This document shows, piece by piece, positions 61,541 to 64,000 of a stretch of DNA of 64,000 nt; within the stretch, counting starts at the first letter, position 1; every line of letters begins with the position of its first letter. The position numbers and the translations under genes were made by a program. The DNA is from Octopus bimaculoides (taxonomy: Eukaryota): the NCBI RefSeq assembly GCF_001194135.2, contig NC_069007.1, positions 12,784,544 through 12,848,543 of the forward strand, in the 5' to 3' direction. The notes under the pieces were generated by a model. That model was not told where the DNA came from. It ran no database searches and was given only the letters and a program-made list of their open reading frames with translations.

Positions 61541-61879
61541 GTGAGAGTCTTCATTTCTTGGATTCTTTTTTGATGCTTTTATGCTCTGTGTTTTTGTTTT
61601 TCTGCCAGTTTCATAGGGTTTTCGGCTTTACAATGTGGACTGGATGCTTTTTGTGTGGTACCAAATACTGGCAAGTAATATGCAAGTATATATTCTTTTA
61701 TTTGTTTCAGTCATTTGACTGTGGCCATGCTGGAGCACCGCCTTTAATTGAACAAATTGACCCCAAGACTTATTCTTTGTAAGCCTAGTGCTTATTCGAT
61801 TGGTCTCTTTTTGCCGAACTACTAAGTTACAGGGCGTAAACACACCAACATCGTTTGTCAAGCAATGATGGAAGGACTT

Positions 61880-62528
61880 ACAAAGCATCAGATGTGGTGT
61901 GCAAGAGAGACGACTGCTGGTATGGTCATGTGCTGCAATGGATGAGGAGAGCTGTGTGAAGAAGTGTCACTCCCTAACAGTGGAAGGAACCCATGGTAGA
62001 GAGAGACCCAGGAAGACATGGGGTCAGGTGGTGAAGCATGACCTTTGAACGAGGGTCTTACAGAGGCAATGATGAATGACTTGAGACCTCTGGAGATATG
62101 CTGTGATTGAGGAGACTGCAAGTAAAGTGAGATCACAGCCTTAGCCTACACCAGTGTCACATAACCAGCCCATTTAAAAAGTACCCTTGAATCATCGAAT
62201 GACATGCTGGGCTTGAGGAGACCTATTGAGTCAAGTAAAATCAAAATCAAATCACAATCAAATGGAAATTGTAGTTGTGGCAGATGTCAGTGCTGCCTGA
62301 CTGGCTCCCTGTGCCAGTGACATGTAAAAAGCACCATCCAAACATGATCGATGCCAGCCCCTCTGCCCCGACTGACTCCTGTGCCGGTAGCACATAAAAA
62401 GCACCCACTACACTCTGGGAGTGACCAGATCAGACTGGAGCCTGGTGTGGCCTCCTGGCTTGCCAGTCCCCAGTCAAACCATCCAACCTATGCCAGCATG
62501 GAAAACGAAGGTTAAACGATGATGATGA
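61880..62528 (+). mobile_element. RTE LINE 3' end with (GAT)n tail
   Basis: SIRCGVQERRLLWYGHVL...RPRKTW, followed by the 3'UTR and ...GCATGGAAAACGAAGGTTAAACGATGATGATG. Confidence 0.85.
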
Positions 62529-62640
62529 TGTATATATATGGCTATGTGTATATATATGTTTATACCTATATATATATGTGCGTGTGTATATATATATATA
62601 TCTTCATGTATATGTACATACATGTATATGTGTGTGTGTG

Positions 62641-62686
<46 letters not shown>

Positions 62687-62809
62687 TATGTATATGTATA
62701 TACATGTATATGCATGTATATATATGTATATGTGTGTATGTATATGTATGTATGTGTATATATATATATATGTGTATGTATATATATGTATATATATATA
62801 TATATATAT

Positions 62810-62846
<37 letters not shown>
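62528..62846. repeat. Long degenerate (TA/TG/CA)n microsatellite; pure (TA)n tracts also at 15586-15658 and 46690-46752
   Basis: Read directly from the sequence. Confidence 0.97.
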
Positions 62847-62848
<2 letters not shown>

Positions 62849-63037
62849 ATGCGCTTCTTTCAGTTTCTGACTATCAGATCCACTAACAAGGCTATTGTAA
62901 AAGTCACTTGCCCAAGGTGCCATGCAATGGGACTGAACCTGGAATCATGTGGTTTGGAAGCAAGCTTCTTACCACACAGTCACACCTATAGATTTTAATA
63001 TTCTTTTCATTCTGTTTCTTTCATCTTCTCTTTTCAG

Positions 63038-63139
63038 GCATTCCTCATTCACCATAATGTCACTAAAGCTGCACCGCCCAATGAATTACAAGAGCGGATC
63101 AGAAACTTACTTAAGGAGAATCCAAATTTAGCAGAAGCT
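63038..63139 (+). CDS. ANAPC5: ANAPC5 coding exon 6 (gene continues past the window end)
   Basis: AFLIHHNVTKAAPPNELQERIRNLLKENPNLAEA, comparable to human ASLLKNDETKALTPASLQKELNNLLKFNPDFAEA. Flanked by ttttcAG and GTAAGT, 102 nt, phase 0-0. Confidence 0.95.
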
Positions 63140-63377
63140 GTAAGTATTGTTGTTTGTTTTACTTCTATTGTTCCATGATAGCATGGGTTAGGTGAATACA
63201 TTATTTGAAATGTTATTTCAAAACCTGATATTCTTGCTGTTGCTAACACTTACTTGTTTTTCAAGTAAGAGATCTCTTATTTCACACATCTTCATGCTTG
63301 ACTGCTAAATTACAATGACGTAAACACACCAATATCGATTGTCAAGCAGTGTTGGGGGTGGGGACACACACACGAGC

Positions 63378-63428
<51 letters not shown>

Positions 63429-63732
63429 ATGAATTTATAAATTTATATCCAGTTTTATTCAACAGTTAATTACTTCTTTTCGTTTTTTCACCTACACATG
63501 TTTCTGCAGCAACTAACTAATGCACACTGCAAAATGTGCATCTTTATGTGCACTTATTGTTAGTTGTTACTTTTTCAGGGTGGATACAACCACATTGTTC
63601 AGATAGAATCTAAATTAATGCAGTGTGCATTAGTTAATTGCTGCAGAAACATGTAAGTGCAGAAATGAAAAGAAATAATTTACTGCTGAATAAAACTAGA
63701 TATAAATCTCTATTCTTCTTCATTATAAATTC

Positions 63733-64000
63733 ATCATCATCATCATCATCATCGTTTAACGTCCGCTTTCCATGCTAGCATGGGTTGGACGATTTGACTG
63801 AGGACTGGTGAAACCGGATGGCAACACCAGGCTCCAGTCTGATTTGGCAGAGTTTCTACAGCTGGATGACCTTCCTAACGCCAACCACTCAGAGAGTGTA
63901 GTGGGTGCTTTTACGTGTCACCCGCACGAAAACGGCCACGCTCAAAATGGTGCATCTCATGTGCCACCCGCACAAGAACCAGTCCAGGGGCACTGGCAAC
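63733..64000 (-). mobile_element. Young 5'-truncated copy of the (GAT)n-tailed RTE 3'-end repeat, representative of many copies (e.g. 7575-7862, 13560-13752, 24205-24385, 29706-29855, 30887-31045, 59460-59825)
   Basis: Near-identical ~150-300 bp copies occur on both strands, all ending in CATGCTAGCATGGAAAGCGGACGTTAAACGATGATGATG. Confidence 0.85.

Noticed and set aside
62474-62998. Several 80-160 aa Tyr/Ile/Val/Cys ORFs on both strands; similar ORFs at 46664-46990 and 15538-15918
   Set aside because: These are dinucleotide-repeat translations that lack stop codons by composition.
3450-63139. Minor-spliceosome (U12) or non-canonical introns
   Set aside because: All inferred introns are GT-AG with U2-type donors, and none shows the GTATCCTT or ATATCCTT consensus.

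Overview
This is AT-rich, repeat-dense eukaryotic genomic DNA with assembly gaps. The SINE, RTE and microsatellite landscape looks like an octopus (coleoid cephalopod) genome, which is an inference and not a database match. Three protein-coding genes can be rebuilt from spliced exons. (1) A USP20/USP33-family deubiquitinase lies on the minus strand, with 11 coding exons between 35073 and 3450; its 3' end is not found in the window and probably lies beyond the left edge. (2) BBIP1 (BBIP10/BBS18) is a single 62-codon ORF at 51069-51257 on the plus strand. (3) ANAPC5 has its first 6 coding exons at 52612-63139 on the plus strand and continues past the right edge. All inferred introns are GT-AG with consistent phases. 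The most striking observation is that the BBIP1 ORF sits in an exon with a splice acceptor before it and a strong donor after it, with no canonical poly(A) signal nearby, directly upstream of the first ANAPC5 coding exon. This suggests a shared-promoter, bicistronic or cassette-exon BBIP1-ANAPC5 transcription unit, arranged head-to-head with USP20/33. The introns contain tRNA-derived SINEs, RTE LINE fragments, Penelope, mariner, maT and Tigger relics, and hAT- and piggyBac-type MITEs. They also contain two Merlin-like elements (GG-terminal TIRs, 8-bp TSDs), several long fold-back hairpins and a decayed hammerhead-ribozyme-like motif pair. Most ORFs in the supplied track are microsatellite or SINE artefacts.
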